Assembly: GCA_047495785.1 (NCBI GenBank)
Contig: JBLDXI010000127.1
Coordinates: 1-21,163 of the forward strand
Direction of reading: 5' to 3'
From: Lepidodermella squamata
Taxonomy: Eukaryota > Animalia > Gastrotricha
DNA length: 21,163 nt
In this document: positions 1 through 9,770 of the stretch, piece by piece
Layout of the letters: every line of letters begins with the position of its first letter
Numbering within the stretch: the stretch's first letter is position 1
Program-made: the position numbers and the translations under genes
Notes under the pieces: generated by a model
What the model was told of the DNA's origin: nothing
The model's database searches: none
What the model saw: only the letters and a program-made list of their open reading frames with translations

Positions 1-893
1 AATGGGGTCGGCTTGAAATTGCGGAGTTGCTGATGAATCGCGCCGCTAATAAAGAAGCGATAGATGACAAACAGGTAGCTACAAAAATTGCCATTCAAAT
101 ACCGAATTTTGGTTTAAAAGTTCAAAATTATGAAAACAAGAATATGAAATTTTGAAATTAAAATTAAAATATTTTGTCTCCAAGTTCTAAAATTCAAAGT
201 TTTGAAAAATTTCAGTTTTGATAACAAAATTTGATTTGACTATTCTTTTTTAATTTCAAAATTTTTTTACAGACTTTTTCAAATTTTGAAATTTGATTAA
301 ATTTGTGCATTTTCCAGCTTTATCGGCCTCTTCATCTAGCCGCCCGTCATCAACACCCTGACGTAGTCCAGCTATTTCTCGATCGAAGGGCAAACCCGTT
401 CGCCCAGGATGAATACGGTCACACGCCTCTGCACCTCGCAGTTCGCGAGGGCCAAAGTGGGGCCTCCTTGCTCGACGCAAGGCGATGGCGAGAGGCCGAA
501 GTCAAGGCCAAAACGGGGCTAGGCTCGAAAACTATCGAAGACGCGGTAACAGCCGGTCGTTGGGAGATGACTGAAGACATCCTACGCAGTACAATTTTGA
601 ACCAGTCGCCGGAAAAGCGACTCGATGAACCGTCACGGAAACAGAGCTTGGTCATTCACATGTTGCTAGACCATAGCCCGGATTTGCTATGCATCAAAAC
701 GAATAGGTTCGGCCGCACGGTTTTACACGTTGCGGCGCAGGCTGGCCAGTTGATGGCGTGCCAGACTTTGATATCGCGAGGGGCTGATCCGAGAGCTCGC
801 GACAAAATTGGCAAAACGCCGCTCAGACTGGCGTTTGACAACAGCAAATATGATATTGTTAGACTTTTTGTCAAACTCGGAATTCCTCAATAA
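1..893 (+). CDS. Ankyrin-repeat protein, 3' part (5' end outside window); exons <1-74 and 318-893
   Basis: Exon 3-74 reads WGRLEIAELLMNRAANKEAIDDKQ. A phase-0 GT..AG intron (75-317) joins it in frame to LYRPLHLAA. ANK motifs GHTPLHLAV, GRTVLHVAA and GKTPLRLA follow; stop at 891-893 with overlapping AATAAA. Confidence 0.9.
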
Positions 894-1300
894 AAACGCG
901 ATGATTAATAAATTGGTAGATAACTCAATAAAATAATTAATATTTAATAGTTTATTTTTTTATTAATTATTTTTCATCTCTTTCAAAAATGTTCTAAATT
1001 GGTCGATAATCGCTGAGGAGAAAGGCTATCCGAAAATCAGCCTTAATTGAAATGTAATGGCTCCTGATTGAATAAAGAAAACAAGGAATTATAGCAACGG
1101 TTGTAAAAGTGGGGAGAGTCTTTAGCTTTAGACGGGATGGCTGTTTTTCGAATCTGATCTTGACGAGTGATAAACCTTGAGTCTCAGTGAATTGTTCATT
1201 TTATTGTGTGTTTCACCTTTTTAGATTTCAAGAATGAAAAAATATTCGATTTAAACGTCGAATTTCGCATCTCTGTCTGTTAGGCTCGATTTTTTTTTAA

Positions 1301-1492
1301 AGAAGCTGCTAGAAATGAAAATCTTTATAATGAAGCTTTGTATAATGCTACAACGCGTTACGTTCTACAATCTCAGTATAATTCAAAAGGTGTCTAGCCA
1401 ACTGGTTCAGTGAGAGTACTGAGATTGTAGAACGTAACGCGTTGTAGCATTATACAAGCTTCATTATAAGATTTTCATTTCTAGCAGCTTCT
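1301..1492. repeat. Inverted repeat/hairpin, 78- and 76-bp arms with a 38-bp loop (MITE-like or hairpin RNA)
   Basis: 1301-1378 is the reverse complement of 1417-1492 apart from two extra T in T-runs of the left arm. No clear target-site duplication. Confidence 0.9.
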
Positions 1493-2212
1493 ACAATTAG
1501 AACGGCAAAAATGTGTGTTTTCTTTTGGAAAGTTTCATGCGCTATTTATGTCGTGGGGGTACAATTGACCTTTCGCGGAGACAGCTTTTGTAACTCGACG
1601 AAAATATGATAATATGAGCGCACTAAGTGCCCGAGTTAAGGTTACACCGTTTTGAAGACTAATTTGTGTACTACCTAATTAATGCTACTTGGATCATTTC
1701 CCGACAATAGGCCAGATTCAGGAACGCCCGAAATAATCCGATGATAAATGGTTTCATCGGGACTACTTCAAAACAGCTAGAGAAACAAAAGATCCAGAAA
1801 GAATAGGCAAAAAAATGATCGCAGAACCGCCGAAGCTAAAGGAAACAATGTGCGCGCGTCACATTGTCTCAATCATCAAGTTTATTGACCTAATGTAATC
1901 AAGAGATCGTCATTTTTTGTGGAATCGCAGTAGACCAAATTTTCGGCATTTTACCTGGCTTTTCCCGGACTATTTATTTTTTTGTCAAGTTGCGTGGTTG
2001 ATTATCAATTTTATATTTCGAAATCCCTCTGACCTTAAGATCGGACATACCGCACCATACTTGAGGATGCGGGATCCTGACCTCTGGTTTTAAATCGGCT
2101 GCGTTACTTACTAGAGATCAAACTTTCTTCAACCGTAATATGCTTTATTAAGAAAAAAAAACGCTGAAACATTCATATAAAGCAAAACATTCAGGTGAGA
2201 TCAAAACTGCGG

Positions 2213-2661
2213 TTAAAAGTAATTGCGGTTTTCCACTTTGAAGAAGCAGTTGTTGATCGCATTGTTGACGACGATTAGGCTCAGAATAACGTAAGGCACT
2301 GAAAGCTGAGATATCATCAAATTAGCGGTCTCAGCATACAAATAGTGGAACATGGGGAACAGCAGGGCCGTCGCAGCGACAGCAACGTGCATAGCGTAGA
2401 AGCATATCACTGGCCAGTTGAGCATCATTTTTGCAGTGGCCGCGCATTCATAATACAAACCTAAATAAATATATGCTTAGAGAAGTCAGGTAACTTGTAT
2501 AATGGTTGGCATAAGAGCTAAAAGCAAGAATGAACAATGCTGGTTCAATGTATGCACTATAAAATGTACTACAGAAATGCAATTTAACCTCGGAAAGATT
2601 CCTGGAAGGGTTATAGCTCTTTCGTTGTGGTTATAGGTATTAGGAATGAGGATGAAGGATA
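2213..2661 (-). CDS. Possible small multi-pass membrane protein; terminal exon 2460-2213, upstream exons uncertain
   Basis: Hydrophobic open frame 2458-2213 preceded by an acceptor (TTTATTTAG, ending 2461). An in-frame upstream model needs introns of 32 and 34 bp, shorter than the ~50 bp seen elsewhere. Start codon not identified. Confidence 0.35.
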
Positions 2662-3304
2662 CTAAAATGTGTTATTTGTAACATTTTGACTTCCAAGACA
2701 TGGAATGACACCACTTGGGCTGGCGTGCGACAGAGTTGATCCAGTTAGGACGACAAAAATCCAGTCGAATTAGAGGGTACTACTGGCAACTGCGTCTTAA
2801 CCACACGCAAGTTTGCTTGGAAAAAAACTGATTTCGTGACTGCCTTTCTCCCATCCCCTACGCTTCCCCGCCGCCGTACGCAGCTGGGCACGCTTGAATG
2901 TTTGACTCATCTGAGATTATAAGAGTGTTGTCGCTTGCTCCAGCTTTGGCATACATGTCATGCATATAATTACTACTAGGTATTTGTTTATGAAACCACG
3001 TGCACCGCTGTTGGATCCATTTCACTGTATTCAGATTAAAAAATACCTAGTAAAATACTATTAAAATGCTTTGGACACACCGTCAAGTCTCCCACCATCA
3101 TATTATTCGATGAAACGCTGGCAACCCAGTTTTTGAGCAGCCCAGCTTCTCATGCACATCTGCTGAAGGGTTTTTGCACCTAATTCGGCGAAGCTGTTGT
3201 ACGAAGTAACTGTTAAGTTTGCACGTTCAACGAATTAAGTCATCTGACAACAGAAGTTCGAGACATTTCTTTTATGAATTTATGGAGTGACAATTATCTA
3301 GCAT

Positions 3305-3996
3305 TTATTTGTTCATCAATCCCGCAAGTCTTCGCATTTCTTCCCTTCGACGTGCCAATCGGCGCTTTTTGTTGCGAGCTTTTATAGCTGCGGTGATGGC
3401 GAAATACAGACCCAGCGCAATGATGCGGAATAGGAAGAAGACAGACGTTGCGACCGACGATCCGAAAGCCAAACCATAGTGAACACCGTGAACTGCGAAT
3501 CTAATGCTCACTGCGATCATTGAAACGAAACCGGTGATAGAAGTGAGTAGGGTTGTAAGACCAGAAGTATAAGCAGCTGAAAAAGCTATCATACACTGAG
3601 CGACTGGATAATGAAACTGAACTCACCCTTATACCAAAGCTTGCAATCATCGACCAAACAGATGTAGATTGAAACGAAAGCAGCGACCATGACGTCGACT
3701 AGAATGAACGTAATCGCTATAGCGGCTCCGATTCTGAAGACAGCCAAGAGCATGTCATTCAAAGCATCACCTGAGCCGCCTTCATCCGCTGAGTGATCCA
3801 GAGACTTCGAATCAGCTCGTGGAGCAGAGACCAAAACAAGGATTGCGAAAACAGCTAAGCCGCTAGCTATGAGAAGATCAATCGACTTGGCGATGAAGCA
3901 ATAGATTCGAAACTTTTCACCTTCCTTTCGCTTTGCTTCTTCATCACCATCAGTAGAGCTAGATAGGCTCATCATATCAGCAGTTACGTGAGGCAT
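3305..3996 (-). CDS. Uncharacterised four-transmembrane protein, ~213 aa; exons 3996-3627 and 3576-3305
   Basis: A 50-bp phase-1 GTGAGT..TTTTCAG intron (3626-3577) joins the listed ORFs 3589-4038 and 3305-3592 in frame. Four hydrophobic segments and a basic C-tail. HYGLAF before TM4 loosely recalls claudin/PMP22-type proteins (weak inference). Confidence 0.75.
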
Positions 3997-4074
3997 TTTG
4001 ATAGTTCGAAATGAACCCCATGAAAAAGAAAAACTCAATTTTTTAAAAAATTAAGGCGGACGTTTTATTATTAT

Positions 4075-4412
4075 TCAACATAGATAGGAATCTTCAGTAC
4101 CATCTTGAACGCAAAATTTATAGCATGATAACTGAGCTTGAATGTTAACTCCACCCGCTGTTACAAAGCATGGGCACAGTCCAAATCGGCAGGTGTAGTT
4201 TCGCGTTAGCTTGTCAAAGTTGCACACCCGACCAACTTGATAGCAGTCTGAGCAAGGGCTGGAAAAACGCATTGGTTTTCCTTGATTATAAGCTTTAAAA
4301 ATCTGGCTCACCAATGTCGATGGGAGTTTGTTGGATCACCAAATAATGCATGGCCATAGCAGAAGGTGATTGAAATTATGCTGAGACATACAATATTCCA
4401 GAATACACGCAT
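4075..4412 (-). CDS. Small secreted cysteine-rich peptide, 94 aa; exons 4412-4312 and 4258-4075
   Basis: Signal-peptide-like N-terminus MRVFWNIVCLSIISITFCYG, a 53-bp phase-2 GTGAGC..TTTCCAG intron, 10 Cys in the mature part, and AATAAA just after the stop. Confidence 0.8.
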
Positions 4413-5300
4413 GATTTAAACTTAGTGTGAGTGTAAATAATAAGTTATCGCTCTTTTCGCTTTGTTTCTCTTTACCATTGCTCATGAGTTAAATCTTATC
4501 ACCCATTTATCATTCATGATAGCCTAGATATACAAGCTGGGATAAACTTGTCTCTGAGCAGCGGGATCAGATAACACATGAAAAGCAAAAAGCAATTTCG
4601 GCCCATGATCCGGGGGGAGAGATGGATTTTCGCAAATTGATTTTAATACAAGTTGTCTCAAGGGGCGGAAGATAACCGAGTATTAGCGGGTGCGACCTTA
4701 AGTACGCGTTGCTTATGCCAGCGCGTATATGCGTGTCAAGATTATTGATGCATGACGCATGAATCGTGTGTGACACTAATCAAACTTGTAAGTCGATCAA
4801 TCAGGATGCGGATTACCACGCCCGATGGTCAAAATAGAACTGCTGTATGCGGAAATAGAGCGATGAAAGCTGCATCCGAAGTTCAAGATTCACATTGATC
4901 GATATACATTCGGCCTTTTGACCGGTTTTTTAAACGCCATTGCACAATAAAATCACCGAAATTCGTCAGCGTTCCTTCACACTTTGAAATTATTTCCTGC
5001 GGAACTAGCAGTTAGACTCGGCCCATCGATTTATTTTTCTTCCTCTCCCTCTTGAGAATGCATGCAGTTAACAACATTGTCCTCTGACAGGAACAAAACC
5101 TATAGTCTCAAGTTTTTTGATCCGATAACGATAAGAAGACTGCGTAAAACCACTTTGTAAATGCGTCAGAGCAGCACTTGATCAGCAATTTTCCCTGGAA
5201 TTTTAGAAATAATTAGCCGATGACCTTGCCAAAAGAAGAGCAAATTTTTCTATTAAATTGTCGTCTTTTTAATAGATTTTCTTTCAATTTTTTATAATTA

Positions 5301-6547
5301 ATGGGCTTTCTGACGAATATATCCAGTAAGACGGCAAGTTTCTGCCCGGACGAGGCTAAAACCGACTGTCCTTTCCTAATTTTTCTGGTTCTGTATGGAG
5401 TCCCGATTATGAGTACCCTCGGCATCATCGGGAATGCGCTGAACTTCGTCATCTTGAAAGATTCACGGACTTTCAGATCCCCAACTTACGTATTTTTGAC
5501 CTTTCTTGCCGCAATTCAAATAGTCAACTTGACCGGTCAATTGTCTTTCACAATCCTAAATTGGCACCTAGCCAACTACCCAGAATGGACCCAGCCTATA
5601 TCAGCATACTTTGCATGGCCGCTGGCGTGTTGGGGCAGGACCCAGTCCGTCATTTTTACAGTAGCGTACACTGTCGAACGCTATATCTTCATTACAACGA
5701 ACAAAGCCTCGCAAAGCGACATTGTAGCGCTATTCGAGCAAAGAAAGAGAGCCCGTTACTACTGCTACGTCATAATGGCATTAGTAACTGTGGTAAATCT
5801 CCCGCGAATGGCAATGTTCGTCCTCCAGCCTTCGTTAAGATGCAACGAAAGCGAGGATTATATCGGTTTGGAAGACTATTTATTCTACTATTCATTGATC
5901 CGCTTCATGATTTACAACGTTGGAATATTGCTGGTTTTGATTGTTTTCAACGCGTTACTCATCGCTGCTGTTCACCGCGACTCCTTTCATCGGAAAATGG
6001 GCATTCCATTGCCTAAAAATTGCGCTAATCGACACCAGCATTACCTTACTCTAACTTTGATCCCTGCGACTTGTGCTACTGTTTTAGGAGAGATACCGGT
6101 AAGAAACTAAAAATTTGTTGAACATATTTACAAATTCGCTCATGTTAATAGATGACTATGATAAGTCCTATCAGCCGAATGCTCATATGGGACAGGTTTT
6201 TCGTCGTCGATGAGTCCTTAATGCGAAATGCAACATCCGGTGTTGTGATTCTCCTCTCAATCGAGTACAGCCTCAATTTCTTCATCTACTTTATTGGAAA
6301 CAGGCTGTTTCGGCGGACCCTCTTCCGAAAGTTCACGAAGAACCGAGGAGTGATGAGGAGACCCAGTACGTCAAGCTTCGAATCCCATTTATCAGCCAGC
6401 CACTTCCAGAAAAGACTTGACAGCGTTCTCTTGGAAAGCAGCATCAACGTTGTTTCGCCTAATACTAAATCGAGTGAAGAATCCACGAGTTTTTTCGACG
6501 ATATTAAGACAGACAGTAGTAGTAGAACATGTGGGACTCAAAATTGA
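5301..6547 (+). CDS. GPCR1: rhodopsin-class (class A) invertebrate peptide GPCR, FMRFamide-receptor-like group, 397 aa; exons 5301-6098 and 6152-6547
   Basis: TM1 LGIIGNALN, TM2 YVFLTFLA, TM3 TVERY, TM4 NLPR, TM7 SLNFFIY followed by helix-8 FRRTL. A 53-bp phase-0 GTAAGA..AATAG intron lies in TM6. Confidence 0.92.
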
Positions 6548-6956
6548 TCATGGATGAAATAAAGTGAAAGATGTCCTGCGGAGGATTGTAGTTTGAATTA
6601 GGTGTAACGAATTACACGCTCAATTTGTCTAATATTTCTCAGTTTTGGTGGGAATGCTAATTATGGTTTTTAATTTTTCGAATATTTACAGACCGTCTTG
6701 AAAAGGAAGTTTTCCAGTGCTCTAGATTATCCGCTTTCAAAGAAGATAGACTGCCGTTTCCTGTTTTATTTTCTACGTCCAGGTTTTACCACGCAGCATT
6801 GTGATGCATAATTCTCGCTTGAGTAAACTGATGAATACTAATCTTTATAAGACCACGCTACTACTTTCACCACGCCTGGCGAGAACACAATTGAATTCAA
6901 ATTATCACCACTTGAATAGAACGTTCTCTCCAGTATCTGAAAGTTGATTGTTATCT

Positions 6957-9509
6957 ATGAAATTTGACAATTCCTTTCTACTCGTAATTGCTGTAAAACA
7001 GGTGTGTGCCAGGGAGTTTACTGAGTTCTATGAATCTTCAGCTTTTGCTTCGCAGATTATTTATGCATTAACGGCCTCAGCAAACACTTGCCGTATTCCG
7101 GTGATAGAAAATGCAGTTTTCAGCTCGATTTCGGGCGAAAAGCTCTCTGCAGGTAACAAAGTTGTTTCTGGGACGATTGTCACGATAAAATGTCCAACGG
7201 ATTACCAACCTCGAGGAGCTGTTTGCTATCGGAATAACATCTGGCTACCGCCATTCGAGATATGTAAATCCGAATCTATCCAAGAAATGGTAGACTTTGC
7301 TCTGCTCCTATGATACACAGCTACCGTGTTTAATTTTAAAGGCTCCAGTTGAAGCTTTTTCAGCATGTTCCGGGTTTGTTTGCGCCAACAAAAAATGCAT
7401 ATCTGGCGCGTTCAGGTTAGCAAGAATCGACTTAAAAAAGCATTATACCCTGACATTCCGATAATTAGATGCGACGGCGATGATGACTGTGGTATGAAAA
7501 TTCCTGAAAGTTCCATTTCGTCAATCATTTCCACGCCCAGGTGATGGCAGTGACGAATTGAAATGCGGATCTGCTGAGTTGAACGCAAGTAATTTCTTGA
7601 CTGAAGTATCAACTAATTCGTGTCTGTTTCTTAGAAATGTGGATCCGACAAGTTTCCTTGTTTAGTGAGCAAACAATGCATCGACCGGCAATATGTGTTT
7701 CGTCTTTTAAATAAGCCTTTGAGACCGAGATAACCTTTTTCTTTATAGATGTGACTACGATTCTGACTGCGATGATGCTAGCGATGAAATTGGATGTTTT
7801 GAACGAGTTTTTGTAAGACAATTAAACCTTCGACTATTGGTATTATGATTTGCTTATCTAGGTAACAACCACAACAGCAGCAACAACAAAGAGAGCGCCG
7901 ATTTGCAGAGGTTTCACTTGCGCGAATGGTAAGTGCATAAATTCTACGAACGTATGCGATCGGAAGGACGATTGCGGCGACAGTAGCGAAGAGGAAAACT
8001 GCACCCTTACTACGTCGATCGCAAGCACGACCTTGAGAGCAGTAACTACGGTATTTAATTCGCTTATACTTATGATTATATGAATAACTTTTGAGTAATT
8101 TTAGCTACCCTCAAGGGCAGCAAATCGATGCTCAAATTTTGAATTCCAATGCGCGAATTCGAAATGCGTATCGATACTATACAGGTGAGGATTAAAGTTT
8201 TGATTTTTTCCCGGCAATTCTTAAAAAATTACTTAGATGCGATTCAGAAAACGATTGCGGAGACAACTCTGACGAAATAGGTTGCGCGGCCGAGGCCCGT
8301 CAGGTTACATTTTCAACCGCGCTGTAGATGACCAATTCATTTTCCCCATGCAGCCTCCAATTTGCAATGGATTTCGTTGCCGGTCCAGTGGCAAATGCAT
8401 ACAAAGGTTTAATCTCTGAAGTGCATTCTCTTTACATTCTGAAACTCTTCTGTTCTCTTAGCCCTTGGGTTTGCGACGGGGAGGGTTTGTTAAATTTGTA
8501 TTCACAAGTTCCTTTTTAACTTGGATCTTTCAAGAGGACTGCCCCGATGGGTCGGACGAGACAAACTGTCAAGCCACTACGACTAGATCGCGAACAGCGG
8601 CTAGAATGAGACCAACCACTCGGCAGCCTGGTCAAACAACGGTAACCCCGACATCATCCTGGAATTCAAGCCAATGTGGTGTTGTCCATATTCCTCGCAC
8701 GATTTTCGGTGGGTCATTTGCAACTCCGGGCGAATTCCCGTGGGTTGTCAAAATCTACACGAAATTCTCCGGGGCAAGCTCGCTGTCGGGATGTGGAGCA
8801 GCCTTGATATCCAACCAGTGGTTACTAACCGCCGCCCACTGCATAACGGATGACGAAAGAGGTGCCAGAATTGAATGGGTGAAAGCTCTTCTAGGTCGCT
8901 ACGACCTTTCAGCGCGCGATGAAGGCGGCGATGAGAAGAGGTCAACACAGGTTTTTCGACACCCAAACTACGACCAGAGCCGTAACTGGAACTACGACTT
9001 TGCGCTGATCAAACTCAGTTCAGTCGTTAATTTAAATGAAGCGATTCACCCGGTTTGTCTGCCTGATGAAACAAACTGCCAAAGCAGCGTATCTTCGACC
9101 TCAACCTCGATTGATGGCTGCGAGAATGTTGTAGTTGCAGGTTGGGGTAGAACGGAATGTAAGTCTCTACCTCTTCAAGTTTCATCCAATTTTTGAATTT
9201 TAAATCTTAGCTAATACCTCATCCCCCGTACTCAAAATGGCTGAACTGAACATCAATAGCCGTACAGCTTGCAACAGGGCTTACTCCGGTGGGTTATCAG
9301 ACGCTCAACTTTGCGTGGGCAATGGAAGCCCATCGACTTGTACTGGAGACAGCGGAGGACCGTTACTCTGCAAATCCGAGGGCAGAACCAGAGTTATCGG
9401 CGTTGTTTCATGGGGAGCGTCCCGTTGCGGTCTAGGCGGTGCTCCTTCGGTTTTCGCCCGCGTCTGCAGCGTCTTATCCTGGATTAAACAAACCATGGCC
9501 ACGAAATAA
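6957..9509 (+). CDS. SP1: secreted modular S1A serine protease (signal, Sushi/CCP, 5 LDLa, Thr/Arg-rich linker, protease), ~626 aa, 14 exons
   Basis: Exons 6957-7001, 7056-7289, 7342-7415, 7469-7491, 7541-7584, 7635-7696, 7749-7812, 7862-8050, 8105-8184, 8237-8303, 8354-8406, 8462-8484, 8535-9158 and 9211-9509 sum to 1881 nt in frame. Motifs: DCxDxSDE-type LDLa ends, IFGG, TAAHC, DFALIKL, GDSGGP. Confidence 0.9.
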
Positions 9510-9770
9510 TGTTTCTTAAATTGTTTTCAAGAATAAATTAAAGTTCCGGTCCTTTAATCTATTTTGCGGAAACTGCTGTACAGCTTGATATGACAAGTTT
9601 TAGAAGAACATGGATATTCCAATTTCGTGTTCAACTTCCAAGAAAAAAAATCTTTTTATGTGGATGAAAAATCTTCAACACGTATTTTTCACTACGGCGA
9701 ATAAAGTAGTAGTTGTAATGTCATACATGGTAAATTGCCCTGAATAGTGGTTATTGTTTTATTCCTGGCA

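Noticed and set aside
900-2200. Additional genes or structural RNAs in the intergenic stretch
   Set aside because: Only short stop-to-stop frames without a convincing start or splice pattern; no tRNA, rRNA or snRNA motif recognised.
4567-4776. 69-aa ORF and its mirror at 20294-20503
   Set aside because: No ATG start, domain or splice support; it lies in the probable promoter region between the peptide gene and GPCR1.
5213-6486. Alternative-frame and antisense ORFs over GPCR1 (and similar ones over the ankyrin and protease genes)
   Set aside because: They are shadows of real coding exons. Their recurrence in both arms reflects the duplication, not conservation.
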